Below, one piece after another: positions 17,961 to 28,059 of a stretch of DNA of 64,000 nt (positions are counted from its first letter, which is position 1; the number at the start of each line of letters is the position of its first letter). The DNA is from Candidatus Delongbacteria bacterium. GTDB taxonomy: Bacteria > UBA4055. Location of the stretch: contig JAFGVM010000057.1 of the NCBI GenBank assembly GCA_016937995.1, forward strand, positions 1 to 64,000, read 5' to 3'. A model generated the notes under the pieces. That model saw nothing but the letters and a program-made list of their open reading frames with translations, did no database searches and was not told the DNA's origin. A program made the position numbers and the translations under genes.

Positions 17961-18473
17961 ATGAGGATCATAAATTTAACACTTTTACTGGCACTTATCG
18001 TTCTCACCGGTTGCAAAATTACAGGCCAGTATATTATAGATCAAAGCGGTGAAGGTACAGGTAAGATCATAGTTGAGAATTTCAACAAAAATATCTTTTT
18101 AGCAAGATTACGTGAAGACGAAAAGTATAAAAAAATTGAGATCACGTCTATTGATTCGATCGATCCGGACCTTTTTCATGTAAACATCAAGTGGGAAAAA
18201 TTTGAAGATGTCTTCAAGAGCATGAAGAAACTTGAGGACGGGAATATAGAATTGAATCTGGGGACTTATGAATTTCCTATAACTGTCAAGATCGATGGAG
18301 TGATAGATCCAAAAAAATCTACCGGTGAATTATTAGAACCTGATAAAATGGAATTCAAGTACAGTAAAGCGATCCTCACATATCTACCTGAGGAAAATTT
18401 CAGCTTTATGACCTTTTTACTGATTACTCTTGCTGTCCTGATCATTTATTTTTTGTTGTTCAGAAGAAAGTAA
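17961..18473 (+). CDS. Lipoprotein with a C-terminal TM anchor
   Basis: Lipobox LTGC; C-terminal FMTFLLITLAVLIIYFLLF-RRK. Confidence 0.7.
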   Translation: MRIINLTLLLALIVLTGCKITGQYIIDQSGEGTGKIIVENFNKNIFLARLREDEKYKKIEITSIDSIDPDLFHVNIKWEKFEDVFKSMKKLEDGNIELNLGTYEFPITVKIDGVIDPKKSTGELLEPDKMEFKYSKAILTYLPEENFSFMTFLLITLAVLIIYFLLFRRK

Positions 18474-18523
18474 TGAAGATGGGGAATGTGCTATTTATTT
18501 AGATAAAAAAAACAAATATTGTC

Positions 18524-18552
18524 TTGACAAATAACAAAAAGCAAAGTAACTT
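18524..18552 (+). promoter_or_regulatory. sigma70-type promoter of the exbB operon
   Basis: TTGACA-N17-TAACTT. Confidence 0.65.
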
Positions 18553-18636
18553 AATGGCTCGAATTCAGGCTTCTATAAGCAGGGATTAAAATGGGAAAAT
18601 TATAACTAAATGAAATAAAAAAAAACGGAGGAAAAA

Positions 18637-19245
18637 ATGACTGAATATTTTGTTAAAGGTGGACCTTTTATGTGGCCGATCCTGATTATCTTTATTATTG
18701 GAATAGTAATCAGCCTTTACAAACTTTTCTCTCTACTAGGAACTGGAAAAAATGCCGGTGAATTAATGAAGGAAGTAAAGAAAGCATTAGCTTCACAGGG
18801 AACTGAAGGAGCATTAAGATTAGTTCAAGGCGGAAAACCTGTGGAAGAACTTATCAACGCAGGACTTAAGAATGTTAAGAACGGTATTGATAACGTAGAA
18901 AAAGCAATTGTAAACGAAGGTGGAATTCAGTCAACTTATCTATATAGCGGTATGATATGGATGTCTTCAGTAGTAGGTCTTGCACCGATGCTTGGTTTCC
19001 TTGGAACTGTTTGGGGAATGGTTGGAGCAATGGATGCGATCGCTGCTGCGAACGATATTTCTCCATCGATCGTTGCTGGTGGTATTTCAGAAGCACTTTT
19101 AACTACTGCATTCGGTCTTGTAGTTGCTATTATTATTCAGACTGTTCAAGGTGTGTTCCAGTCGATCATTGATAGCAGAGTTCTTGACATGGAAGAGACA
19201 AGTGTTGCTTTGATCGAAACATTAGTTGAAAACGAATCTAACTAA
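18637..19245 (+). CDS. exbB: MotA/TolQ/ExbB proton channel protein
   Basis: GGPFMWPIL, APMLGFLGTVWGM, AGGISEALLTTAFGL. Confidence 0.93.
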   Translation: MTEYFVKGGPFMWPILIIFIIGIVISLYKLFSLLGTGKNAGELMKEVKKALASQGTEGALRLVQGGKPVEELINAGLKNVKNGIDNVEKAIVNEGGIQSTYLYSGMIWMSSVVGLAPMLGFLGTVWGMVGAMDAIAAANDISPSIVAGGISEALLTTAFGLVVAIIIQTVQGVFQSIIDSRVLDMEETSVALIETLVENESN

Positions 19246-19264
19246 AAAATAAGAGAGAATACCA

Positions 19265-19681
19265 ATGCTTAAAAAACCTGAAAGAAAGGTTGGGGAATTC
19301 AATGCATCTTCGATGGCGGATATTACTTTCTTGTTGCTTATATTCTTTCTAGTTACGACTACTATATCATCGGATAAAGGAATAAAATTTGTTCTGCCTC
19401 AAAAAGCGGATCAAACTGAGGGTGTTAAGGTTAAAGGGGTTGTGAATATCCTTTTAAACGACGATGATGATGTTCTTCTTGGAAAGAAAGGAAAAGAAGA
19501 AGAGGTCAATATTCAGCAGGTAAGAGACAGATTACAAGTTCTAAGCAGGGAAATTGCGGCAAATGGAGATTCCATTATTGTTTCAATAAAGGTTACTCCG
19601 GGATCGACTTACAAGAATTATATAGAGATCCTTGACCAGGTAAAAAGTGCCAATATAAATAGAATATCCCTAGCACAATAA
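19265..19681 (+). CDS. exbD: ExbD/TolR family protein
   Basis: ASSMADITFLLLIFFLVTT. Confidence 0.92.
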   Translation: MLKKPERKVGEFNASSMADITFLLLIFFLVTTTISSDKGIKFVLPQKADQTEGVKVKGVVNILLNDDDDVLLGKKGKEEEVNIQQVRDRLQVLSREIAANGDSIIVSIKVTPGSTYKNYIEILDQVKSANINRISLAQ

Positions 19682-19700
19682 AATTCAAAATGGAAGAATT

Positions 19701-20105
19701 ATGATAGGTAGTAAAAAGAAAACAGAGTCAGGACAAATATCGACTGCATCTATGCCTGATATTATCTTCATGCTTTTGATCTTTTTCATGGTGAGTACTG
19801 TGTTCCGTGAGTTTAGGGGGATTCCTGTAAAAATACCTTCTGCAGTAAATGCGAATAAGATCGAGGGAAAGAGAAATATTACTTATTGTTATATAGATGT
19901 GAACAAAAGGATAAGTGTTGATGATAAATTGGTGACAACTAAAGAGTTAACACCGATGATGTATCTTAAACGTACTCAAAATCCAAGAGTGATAGTTTCT
20001 CTTAAGATTGATGAGAATGCGAAAAATTCAATACTTGATCAAGTTCAAAAATCTTTACAGGAAGCTGATGCAAGAAGAATTGTATATGCATCTACATCCA
20101 AATAA
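19701..20105 (+). CDS. exbD: ExbD/TolR family protein (second copy)
   Basis: TASMPDIIFMLLIFFMVST. Confidence 0.92.
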   Translation: MIGSKKKTESGQISTASMPDIIFMLLIFFMVSTVFREFRGIPVKIPSAVNANKIEGKRNITYCYIDVNKRISVDDKLVTTKELTPMMYLKRTQNPRVIVSLKIDENAKNSILDQVQKSLQEADARRIVYASTSK

Positions 20106-20157
20106 TTGGGAAGAGAAATCATATAGTTAATGTATTGAAAATGAATCAGGAGTAATA

Positions 20158-20826
20158 ATGGCTCATAAAGTAGGAAAGTTACACGATAAGGCTTTGAAAT
20201 TGGAAGAGATTTCGACCATTGTTGTGTTCGTTCTTCTGACATTTGTATTCGCGATTTTTCATAAATTTGAGACCAAAGTGATTGAAGAGGGTATCAGAGA
20301 AATTGATATTGTGGTTGAAAAGGTTGAAATAACAGAGCAGGTCAAGAAAACTATCAAGCCGGCTGCTGTTAAAATACCTATAGCAGTAGAAGATGAGGAT
20401 GAAATTGATGAGGATAATGAAATTGAGATCGAAACAACAGATTTTGAATTCAACGATCCACCTCCACCACCTCCACCACCTCCTTCTGTAGATGAAGAAG
20501 AAATATTTGATTTTTTTGCGATACAGGAAAAACCGGAAATGATGCCGGGTGAAGCACAAAAAATATCAAGCTATATTTACAAAAATTATCCACCTCTTGC
20601 TAAACGAAGCGGAGTGTCAGGTAAAGTGAGATTGAAATGGGTTGTAAATAAAGACGGTATTCCAACTGATATCACAATTGTTAAAGAAAAACCAAAAGAT
20701 ATGGGATTCGGTCAAGTGGCGGAAAAGGCTATCCAGGCCGCAAGATTTAAACCTGGTATGCAAAGGGATAAACCGGTCGCTGTCCGAATGAGTCAGTGGA
20801 TAAGTTTTAAAACGAGCACAAAATAG
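20158..20826 (+). CDS. tonB: Energy transducer TonB
   Basis: N-terminal TM, poly-Pro linker, YPPLAKRSGVSGKV...FKPGMQRDKPVAV. Confidence 0.92.
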   Translation: MAHKVGKLHDKALKLEEISTIVVFVLLTFVFAIFHKFETKVIEEGIREIDIVVEKVEITEQVKKTIKPAAVKIPIAVEDEDEIDEDNEIEIETTDFEFNDPPPPPPPPPSVDEEEIFDFFAIQEKPEMMPGEAQKISSYIYKNYPPLAKRSGVSGKVRLKWVVNKDGIPTDITIVKEKPKDMGFGQVAEKAIQAARFKPGMQRDKPVAVRMSQWISFKTSTK

Positions 20827-20832
20827 CTAATG

Positions 20833-20865
20833 TAAAGGTCTGAAATATTCAGACCTTTATTTTTT
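20833..20865 (+). terminator. Intrinsic terminator
   Basis: TAAAGGTCTGAA-ATA-TTCAGACCTTTA followed by a T-run. Confidence 0.85.
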
Positions 20866-20895
20866 GATTACGTTATTATTAAGAGGGAAATATTC

Positions 20896-22176
20896 ATGAA
20901 TATTTTAGTAATAGGTTCAGGCGGGAGAGAACATTCTATACTAAAAAAACTATCAGAGAGCAAAAAAGTAAGCAGGTTATATTGTTTGCCGGGTAATGCC
21001 GGGACATCAGAACTGGCTGAAAATATTGGATCACAGTTTATGGCTCAGGATAAGTTAATTGAATTTGTAAAGAACAATTCAATTGATCTGACCGTGATAG
21101 GACCGGAACAACCATTGATAGAAGGTTATGCAGACCGGTTCATAAAAGAGGGGCTCAATGTATTCGGTCCGGAAAGTAAAGCAGCTGTTATAGAAGGCAG
21201 TAAAGCATTCTCTAAAGATCTGATGCACAAATATAATATACCTACAGCAAATTATAAAAATTTTACAGATTACGATCAAGCAAAAGAATATCTGTCTAAA
21301 CAAACTGTTCCTATTGTGATCAAGGTAAGCGGAATAGCAGCAGGAAAGGGTGCGATAGTGTGTTTGACCAGAGAAGAAGCTGAAAAGACATTAAAAAGTA
21401 TGATGGTGGACAAAGAATTCGGAGAAGCAGGTGATGAGGTAGTTATCGAAGAGTTCTTAACCGGAGAAGAGGCATCAATTTTTGCAGTATCTGACGGGAA
21501 TTATTATAAAATACTTCCAACAGCACAGGACCATAAAGCTATCTTTGATGGGGATAAAGGGCCTAATACAGGGGGAATGGGAAGTTACTCACCTGCTCCT
21601 ATTATAAATGATGAATTAATGGAAGATATACAAAAAAGTATTATTGCCCCTACATTTGATGCTATGAAAAGCGAAAACAGAACCTACAAGGGAGTTCTGT
21701 TTGTTGGATTAATGATCACCGGGGAAGGTCCAAAAGTGATAGAATATAACTGCCGTTTCGGTGATCCGGAAACACAGGTCATATTACCGAAGTATGACGG
21801 TGATCTTGCAGAGCTGTTAATGGAAGCAGCAACATCCAAATTTACAGGCAATGAGATATTGCCTGCAAAAAATGAGCATTATTTATGTCTGGTCTTAGCA
21901 TCAGGTGGATATCCGTCTTCATATGTTAAAGGTTATACAATAGATGGTTTGGATCGTAGAGATGAAAATACAAGTGTTATCCATGCAGGAACAAAAGTAG
22001 AAAATGAAAAAATTGTGACTTCCGGAGGAAGAGTTCTGGGTATTGTATCAAGAGGAAATACTTTGAAGGAAGCTAAGGAAAGATCATACAATTTTGCTGA
22101 TCAAATAAAATTTAAAGATAAATACTGCAGAAATGATATCGGGGATAAAGGTATTAACAGGTATGATAATAAATAG
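20896..22176 (+). CDS. purD: Phosphoribosylamine--glycine ligase
   Basis: GSGGREH, AQDHK..DGDKGPNTGGMG, EYNCRFGDPETQ. Confidence 0.98.
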   Translation: MNILVIGSGGREHSILKKLSESKKVSRLYCLPGNAGTSELAENIGSQFMAQDKLIEFVKNNSIDLTVIGPEQPLIEGYADRFIKEGLNVFGPESKAAVIEGSKAFSKDLMHKYNIPTANYKNFTDYDQAKEYLSKQTVPIVIKVSGIAAGKGAIVCLTREEAEKTLKSMMVDKEFGEAGDEVVIEEFLTGEEASIFAVSDGNYYKILPTAQDHKAIFDGDKGPNTGGMGSYSPAPIINDELMEDIQKSIIAPTFDAMKSENRTYKGVLFVGLMITGEGPKVIEYNCRFGDPETQVILPKYDGDLAELLMEAATSKFTGNEILPAKNEHYLCLVLASGGYPSSYVKGYTIDGLDRRDENTSVIHAGTKVENEKIVTSGGRVLGIVSRGNTLKEAKERSYNFADQIKFKDKYCRNDIGDKGINRYDNK

Positions 22177-22336
22177 ATAGATCTGTTCTGTTCTTGTTAA
22201 ACATATTTCAAAATCCAGTTGAATATATGATACTATAAATTTGCTTTTTGCTAATAAATTGTTATATTAATAGTAAGATGCTTTCCTTGATGCCATGATC
22301 CGAAATGATTTTCTAATTCTTAATTCGGAGGTCAAA

Positions 22337-23008
22337 ATGAGCTGGAATGTAGGCCATATCGCAGAAAAGAACAACAAATTAGCACAAATATCGGTATTGA
22401 TAGTATTTGCAATTTTAACATTTGTTTTTGCCATATTTCATAAATTTGAAACGGGTGTCATAAATACGGATATAAAGATCTCTGATATAGACATTATTGA
22501 CGTTGATATAACAGTACAGCCAGACGTAAAGCAAAGGGTTGAACCGGTCTCCTCAAAGATCCCGATCGCAGCAGAGGATGATGAAGAAGTTGAGGATGAT
22601 CCTCTTTTAGATATTCCGGACACTGAATTCGATGCCAGCAGTTTACCACCGCCACCTCCAGATTTTGCCGGGGGTGATGAGGAGATATTTGATTTTTTTG
22701 CAATTCAGGAAAAACCTGAGATGAATGACAGATCAAGAAAGAAATTATCTGAATTTATTTTTAAAAATTATCCACCGTTGGCAAAAATTAGTGGCGTATC
22801 CGGTAATGTTCTTCTAAGTTTTATTTGTTCCAAGGAAGGTATACCGACAAAAATTGAAATTGTCAGAGAAAAACCAAAGGATATGGGTTTTGGTGAAGTA
22901 GCTATTAAAGCTTTACAACAAGCAGTATTTTCTCCGGGAATGCAGAGAGATAAACCCGTAGCAGTCAGAATGAAATTCCCAATTAAATTTACAACTAAGA
23001 AAAATTAA
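22337..23008 (+). CDS. tonB: Energy transducer TonB, paralog 2
   Basis: Very similar to 20158..20826 (LTFVFAIFHKFET, EEIFDFFAIQEKPEM, KPKDMGFG, PGMQRDKPVAVRM); ATG22337 after GGAGG. Confidence 0.9.
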   Translation: MSWNVGHIAEKNNKLAQISVLIVFAILTFVFAIFHKFETGVINTDIKISDIDIIDVDITVQPDVKQRVEPVSSKIPIAAEDDEEVEDDPLLDIPDTEFDASSLPPPPPDFAGGDEEIFDFFAIQEKPEMNDRSRKKLSEFIFKNYPPLAKISGVSGNVLLSFICSKEGIPTKIEIVREKPKDMGFGEVAIKALQQAVFSPGMQRDKPVAVRMKFPIKFTTKKN

Positions 23009-23235
23009 GGAAAAGCAATATTCAATTTTCAATAAAATTGTCTACAAAATAGATTTTCCAACAAGTTCACTAAGTTATATTTTAGGTAGCCGATGCTACC
23101 GTTTTTATTTGTAAAACTTAATTGCATAATTCTGTTTACGTATTTATATTCTATTACAAAAATGAAGTAACGTATCAGGGTACATTGATAAATAAAGACC
23201 TGATCGTATTAAATATCAGGAATATTGGAGGAAAA

Positions 23236-24141
23236 ATGAGAAGATTATTAGCGTTATTTATGATCATAATGTCTTTCAGTTTGTTTTCACAAAGTGATCT
23301 GTCCGCTGAAGAAATGGCAATGTTCAAAAGTAATGTTGTTGTTCCGTTGCCCTCAGAAATAATAATGGCATTGGACAGACTTTCCGAAGTAAATTGGAAA
23401 GAGATCGTTAGTTATGATTATACAGCTAACTATGCTGAAAATTATAAGATCGCATTAAACCTGGGTGTAAGGGTGGCTCAGGGATTTATAGCGATCCAGG
23501 CGGAAGATCGTAAAAACACGGGTGAAATGTTCAGTGTCAGTAGAGATCTTGCTGAAAATTTTGGAGCTAACAGCGAGATGTTCATAGATAAAGACCAGAT
23601 ATCTAACCTTCTGAATGAAGGTAAGTGGATGGATCTAAGAGGGATACTTGACGGTATTCATTTAGAGATAAAAGTGGAAATGAAAAAATATGATCCTGAT
23701 TATGTTGCTTTAGCTAGTGTTGGTGGTTGGATCGAAGGTTTGGAAGTTGTTTCAAAAGCATTATTATCGAACTATTCAGAAGATGCATCCACAATATTGT
23801 ATCAACCTGAATTGATAGAGCATCTTGCTTCAGAGATCCTTAGTATAAAGGATATTAATAAAAATAACCCTGAAGTAAAACTTATCAACGAAGAAATGCC
23901 TAAGATACAAAAATTATGCGATATGGGTTATGGTAATCCTATACCTGTTGAGAACATTAAACAGCTATCAGATATAAGCAGTAATCTGATAAAGGTTATT
24001 ATTACCGAGACAAAAAAAGAAGAGAAAATTGACAAAGAAAAGGAAGAGAGTAAAATAGCAGGGTTTCCTGTAGCGGTATTTGTTGCATTATTAGTTGTTT
24101 TCTTTGTTATCCTGAAAAAGAAAAAGAAAGGAGGAAAATAA
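23236..24141 (+). CDS. Exported alpha-helical hypothetical protein with a C-terminal TM anchor
   Basis: ATG23236 after GGAGG, signal peptide, C-terminus IAGFPVAVFVALLVVFFVIL-KKKKK. Confidence 0.75.
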   Translation: MRRLLALFMIIMSFSLFSQSDLSAEEMAMFKSNVVVPLPSEIIMALDRLSEVNWKEIVSYDYTANYAENYKIALNLGVRVAQGFIAIQAEDRKNTGEMFSVSRDLAENFGANSEMFIDKDQISNLLNEGKWMDLRGILDGIHLEIKVEMKKYDPDYVALASVGGWIEGLEVVSKALLSNYSEDASTILYQPELIEHLASEILSIKDINKNNPEVKLINEEMPKIQKLCDMGYGNPIPVENIKQLSDISSNLIKVIITETKKEEKIDKEKEESKIAGFPVAVFVALLVVFFVILKKKKKGGK

Positions 24142-24629
24142 TGAAATTTGATCGATTGAGATTAGAAAGATACTTTTTAATTCTCTTATCAGTTTTATTG
24201 ATAAATACTTCTTCTTACGTTTACTGCCAGGATGATGATTGGGAGGATGAGAGTGAGACAGATATAGAATATTTATCGGGTGAGTCAAAAAAGGAAATGA
24301 TGGTTAAAGAATATTACACTAACGGTGATGTAAAATCAGGATACTTCAGTGAAAATAAAAATGTTTATGCAACCTTTACTTTATACAAAGGTAACTCATA
24401 TGCATTCTCAATAGGAGCTGCCGATAATGCTGAACCTCTTAAAGCTTCTTTATACGGAAATAATTTCGTAGATAAAATATTTTCTGAAAATATTGAGACA
24501 AACAATTATAAGGTATTTTATTTCACTCCGGACAAAAGTGGTACCTACTATATGAAGGTTGAATCCAAAGAAGAAAAAGACAGTGATTCGGAATGGATGT
24601 ATTTCTACGGTTTTAAACAGGTTAAGTAA
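24141..24629 (+). CDS. Exported beta-sandwich (PPC-like) hypothetical protein
   Basis: TAATG coupling to the upstream gene; signal peptide; FTLYKGNSYAF...FTPDKSGTYYMKV. Confidence 0.65.
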   Translation: MKFDRLRLERYFLILLSVLLINTSSYVYCQDDDWEDESETDIEYLSGESKKEMMVKEYYTNGDVKSGYFSENKNVYATFTLYKGNSYAFSIGAADNAEPLKASLYGNNFVDKIFSENIETNNYKVFYFTPDKSGTYYMKVESKEEKDSDSEWMYFYGFKQVK

Positions 24630-24641
24630 AGTGTTTTATAC

Positions 24642-24664
24642 AGGCAGGCTTGACCTGCCTTTTT
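24642..24664 (+). terminator. Intrinsic terminator
   Basis: AGGCAGG-CTTGA-CCTGCCT-TTTT. Confidence 0.75.
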
Positions 24665-24680
24665 AATTTAGATTATAAAT

Positions 24681-25979
24681 ATGAATAAGATTAAACGATA
24701 TATTAACAGAGAATCTCTCAGCTGGGCTTTGTATGACTGGGCAAATTCTGCATTTGCCACAACGGTAATGGCAGTATTTTTCCCATTATTTTTTAATGAT
24801 TACTGGAGTAAAGGAGTTGATACGGTAGATACAACTGCCAGATTAGGATTTGCAAATTCAGCAGTAGGTGTATTGATTATGTTCTCTGCTCCTATACTGG
24901 GGTTCATCTCTGATAACAGCTCTCTTAAGAAAAGGTTTCTTCTTATCATGACACTCTTGGGATCTCTATCAACATTTTTCCTGTTCTTTGTGGGGCAGGG
25001 GGTGTGGTTGGTTGCACTGATCCTCTATATCCTGGCGGCTATAGGATTCAGCGGAGGAAATATATTTTATGATGCACTGCTGACCTCTGTTGCCAACAAA
25101 AACAGATATAATTTTGTTTCAAGTCTTGGATATTCGCTCGGATATTTAGGCGGGGGGATTTTATTGGCCTTAAATATCTTCATGTCTTTGAATCCGGGTA
25201 AATTCGGAATAGAAAGCAGCGCATATGCTGTCAGATATTCCTTCATTACTGTAGGGCTTTGGTGGCTATTATTCTCTATCCCACTGTTCAGTCTTGTGAT
25301 CGAGAAAAAAAATAAACGGAACAGAGTATTTGATTCTTTCAAACAGAGTTTTACAAGTGTTCTTAAAACGTTCAAAGAGATTAAAAATTATAAACCCATT
25401 CTATATTTCCTGATAGCTTACTGGTTATACATTGATGGTGTGGATACAATAGTAAGAATGGCCATGGACTTTGGAATATCATTAGATCTTCAAAGGGACA
25501 GTATGATCAAAGCATTCCTTCTTACTCAATTCATCGGTTTTCCTGCTGCACTCCTTTTCGGAGTATTTGCAAAAGGAAAAAAAGGTGCAAGGAATGGTAT
25601 ATATCTGACATTGGTAATATATTTGACAGTATCTATTTTTGGTGCATTATTGGATACAGAGACTGAATTTTTTATTCTTGCAGGTGTTATAGGTCTTGTC
25701 CAGGGAGGGATTCAAGCTTTAAGCAGGTCATATTTCGCAGAGATAATTCCAAAGGAAAGAGCAGGAGAGTTCTTTGGTTTTTATAACATGATAGGAAAAT
25801 TCGCAGTAGTGCTTGGTCCTTTGTTGATCGGTACTACAGGTTTGATGCTTAGAAAATTCGGATTTAACAGTGAAATGGCAACAAGAGGCGGTATATTTTC
25901 GGTATCACTGTTCTTTATCGCAGGCGGAATTATGTATCATCATGCTGTCAGGGTTGAAAAAAGGGATTCACAATATTAA
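24681..25979 (+). CDS. MFS transporter (UMF1/Atg22-like)
   Basis: SWALYDWANSAFAT, GGIQALSRS, EFFGFYN; about 12 TM segments. Confidence 0.9.
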   Translation: MNKIKRYINRESLSWALYDWANSAFATTVMAVFFPLFFNDYWSKGVDTVDTTARLGFANSAVGVLIMFSAPILGFISDNSSLKKRFLLIMTLLGSLSTFFLFFVGQGVWLVALILYILAAIGFSGGNIFYDALLTSVANKNRYNFVSSLGYSLGYLGGGILLALNIFMSLNPGKFGIESSAYAVRYSFITVGLWWLLFSIPLFSLVIEKKNKRNRVFDSFKQSFTSVLKTFKEIKNYKPILYFLIAYWLYIDGVDTIVRMAMDFGISLDLQRDSMIKAFLLTQFIGFPAALLFGVFAKGKKGARNGIYLTLVIYLTVSIFGALLDTETEFFILAGVIGLVQGGIQALSRSYFAEIIPKERAGEFFGFYNMIGKFAVVLGPLLIGTTGLMLRKFGFNSEMATRGGIFSVSLFFIAGGIMYHHAVRVEKRDSQY

Positions 25980-25989
25980 TACTCAAAGC

Positions 25990-26018
25990 TTGACAAATAT
26001 TCATCAGTTAGTTATTAT
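25990..26018 (+). promoter_or_regulatory. sigma70-type promoter of metG
   Basis: TTGACA-N17-TATTAT. Confidence 0.7.
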
Positions 26019-26052
26019 AGTGCAACTTTAATGATAAATTACAGGTAAAAAA

Positions 26053-27927
26053 ATGAAAAAATATTTTACAACACCAATATATTATGTAAATGGAAAACCT
26101 CATCTCGGACATGCATATACAACAATTCTGACGGATGCTTTTACAAAATATTATAAGCTTTTTGGATATGATACAAAATTCATCACAGGAGTTGATGAAC
26201 ACGGTCAGAAAGTTTATGAAGCTGCAGTCAAAATGGGAATGACCCCAAAAGAATATGTTGATGGTCTTATACCTGCCTTCACACAATTATTTGAAAAATG
26301 TGATATTGACTATGATATTTTCTATAGAACTACGAATGAAAAACATTACAAAAAAGTACAGACTATCCTTCAAGGTTTGTACGATAAAGGTGATATTTAT
26401 AAGGATCATTACGAAGGTCAGTATTGTACTACCTGTGAAACATTCGTGACTGATAAAGACCTTATTGACGAAAAATGTCCGGAATGCGGAAAGGAGACTA
26501 CCTTATTAAAGGAGGAGAATTATTTCTTTAATATGGCTAAATATGCTGAGGAGTATGAAAAATATATTAATGAAAGGGATGATTTTATCTATCCGAAATT
26601 CCGAAAGAATGAGGTACTCGGAATATTAAAAAAGGGTCTGAATCCACTCTGTATTTCAAGAAAAAAAGAAAAAATGCCATGGGGTATACCATTACCTTTC
26701 GATGATCAATTTGTAACCTACGTTTGGTTCGATGCGCTTACGAACTACACGAATGGTATTGGATATCTGGAGGATGAAGATAAATTCAATGCCTATTGGC
26801 CTACTACAACGCATATGATGGCAAAGGATATACTTCTTCAACATACGATCTATTGGCCTACAATGCTGCTGGCAATGGGTGTAGAACTTCCCAAGAGTAT
26901 GCTTATTCACGGATGGTGGATGGGAGAGGGTGGTAAAAAGATGAGTAAATCACTCGGAAATGTGATCGATCCGACAGAACTTATTGATACTTACGGTTCG
27001 TCATCTTTCAGATTCTATGTTCTCAGAGAGATGTCCTTAGGGCATGATGGAGTATTTACAAAAGAATTCTTCATCAACAGACATAATACTGAACTTGCAA
27101 ATGACTTCGGAAATCTTTTAAACAGAGCAAGTCATATGATAGCAAAGAATTTTGAAAGTAAGATCCCTGAGTGTAATAAAAAAACTGAATTCTGCGGCCC
27201 ATTTATTAATGAATTCAATGATTTGATGAAAACGGTAGAACCGCTTATATATGACTTTGAGCTTAACAAGGCTCTTGATAACATCATGAGAATGATCAGG
27301 AATACAAATAAATACATGGAAGATACAGCACCATGGAAACTGATCAAAGAAGATAAAGAGCTTTGCGGTTCGGTTCTGTATAATGCTCTTGAATCAGTGA
27401 GAATTACAAGTTTATTGCTTTCTCCGGTAATACCTAAGAAATTTGAAGAGATAAAAGATATTTTTAAAGGTGATCTGGATATGACTTTGGAATATGGGAA
27501 ACTTGAACCAGGTAAGAAGATCAATAAAGCTGTTTCTCTGTTCCCTAAGATAGACAAAGAAAAGGAAGAGAAAAAGGAACCGGTAAAAGTTGTAGATGAT
27601 AATCTGATCGGAATAGAAGATTTCGGTAAAGTTGAGATAAAGACAGGTAAGATCATTAAATCTGATAATGTTGAAGGCAGTGATAGATTGTTATTGACCG
27701 AAGTTGATCTTGGGAATGGTGATATCAGGCAGATCGTTGCAGGGATAGCAAAATTTTATCACCCTGAAGATATTTTGAATAAACATATTCTGGTTGCTTC
27801 AAATCTTAAACCTGTTACTATTATGGGTTTTGAGAGTCAGGGAATGTTACTTTCTGTTAAGTCAGGGAAAAATCTTAGACTGGTTGAGGTTGATCCGGAG
27901 TTGTCGCTCGGCAAGAAATTAGTTTAA
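26053..27927 (+). CDS. metG: Methionine--tRNA ligase with a C-terminal tRNA-binding domain
   Basis: PHLGH, YVWFDAL, KMSKSLGN, C-terminal OB domain (RQIVAGIA, NLKP..MGFESQGM). Confidence 0.98.
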   Translation: MKKYFTTPIYYVNGKPHLGHAYTTILTDAFTKYYKLFGYDTKFITGVDEHGQKVYEAAVKMGMTPKEYVDGLIPAFTQLFEKCDIDYDIFYRTTNEKHYKKVQTILQGLYDKGDIYKDHYEGQYCTTCETFVTDKDLIDEKCPECGKETTLLKEENYFFNMAKYAEEYEKYINERDDFIYPKFRKNEVLGILKKGLNPLCISRKKEKMPWGIPLPFDDQFVTYVWFDALTNYTNGIGYLEDEDKFNAYWPTTTHMMAKDILLQHTIYWPTMLLAMGVELPKSMLIHGWWMGEGGKKMSKSLGNVIDPTELIDTYGSSSFRFYVLREMSLGHDGVFTKEFFINRHNTELANDFGNLLNRASHMIAKNFESKIPECNKKTEFCGPFINEFNDLMKTVEPLIYDFELNKALDNIMRMIRNTNKYMEDTAPWKLIKEDKELCGSVLYNALESVRITSLLLSPVIPKKFEEIKDIFKGDLDMTLEYGKLEPGKKINKAVSLFPKIDKEKEEKKEPVKVVDDNLIGIEDFGKVEIKTGKIIKSDNVEGSDRLLLTEVDLGNGDIRQIVAGIAKFYHPEDILNKHILVASNLKPVTIMGFESQGMLLSVKSGKNLRLVEVDPELSLGKKLV

Positions 27928-27936
27928 CAACTTTAT

Positions 27937-27963
27937 GGGCGTATCGATATACGCTCTTTTTTT
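27937..27963 (+). terminator. Intrinsic terminator after metG
   Basis: GGGCGTAT-CGAT-ATACGCTC followed by a T-run. Confidence 0.7.
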
Positions 27964-27983
27964 ATAACCAAAATAAATAATTC

Positions 27984-28059
27984 GTTGGGGAGACCTCTTG
28001 CGGTCTCCCACATAATGTTTTAATTCGCCAAGCGGGAAGGCGTGGAAGCCTTCCCATAC
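27984..28059. repeat. Inverted pair of REP-like hairpins
   Basis: GTTG-GGGAGACC-tcttgc-GGTCTCCC, and on the minus strand GTAT-GGGAAGGC-ttccac-GCCTTCCC. Confidence 0.65.
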
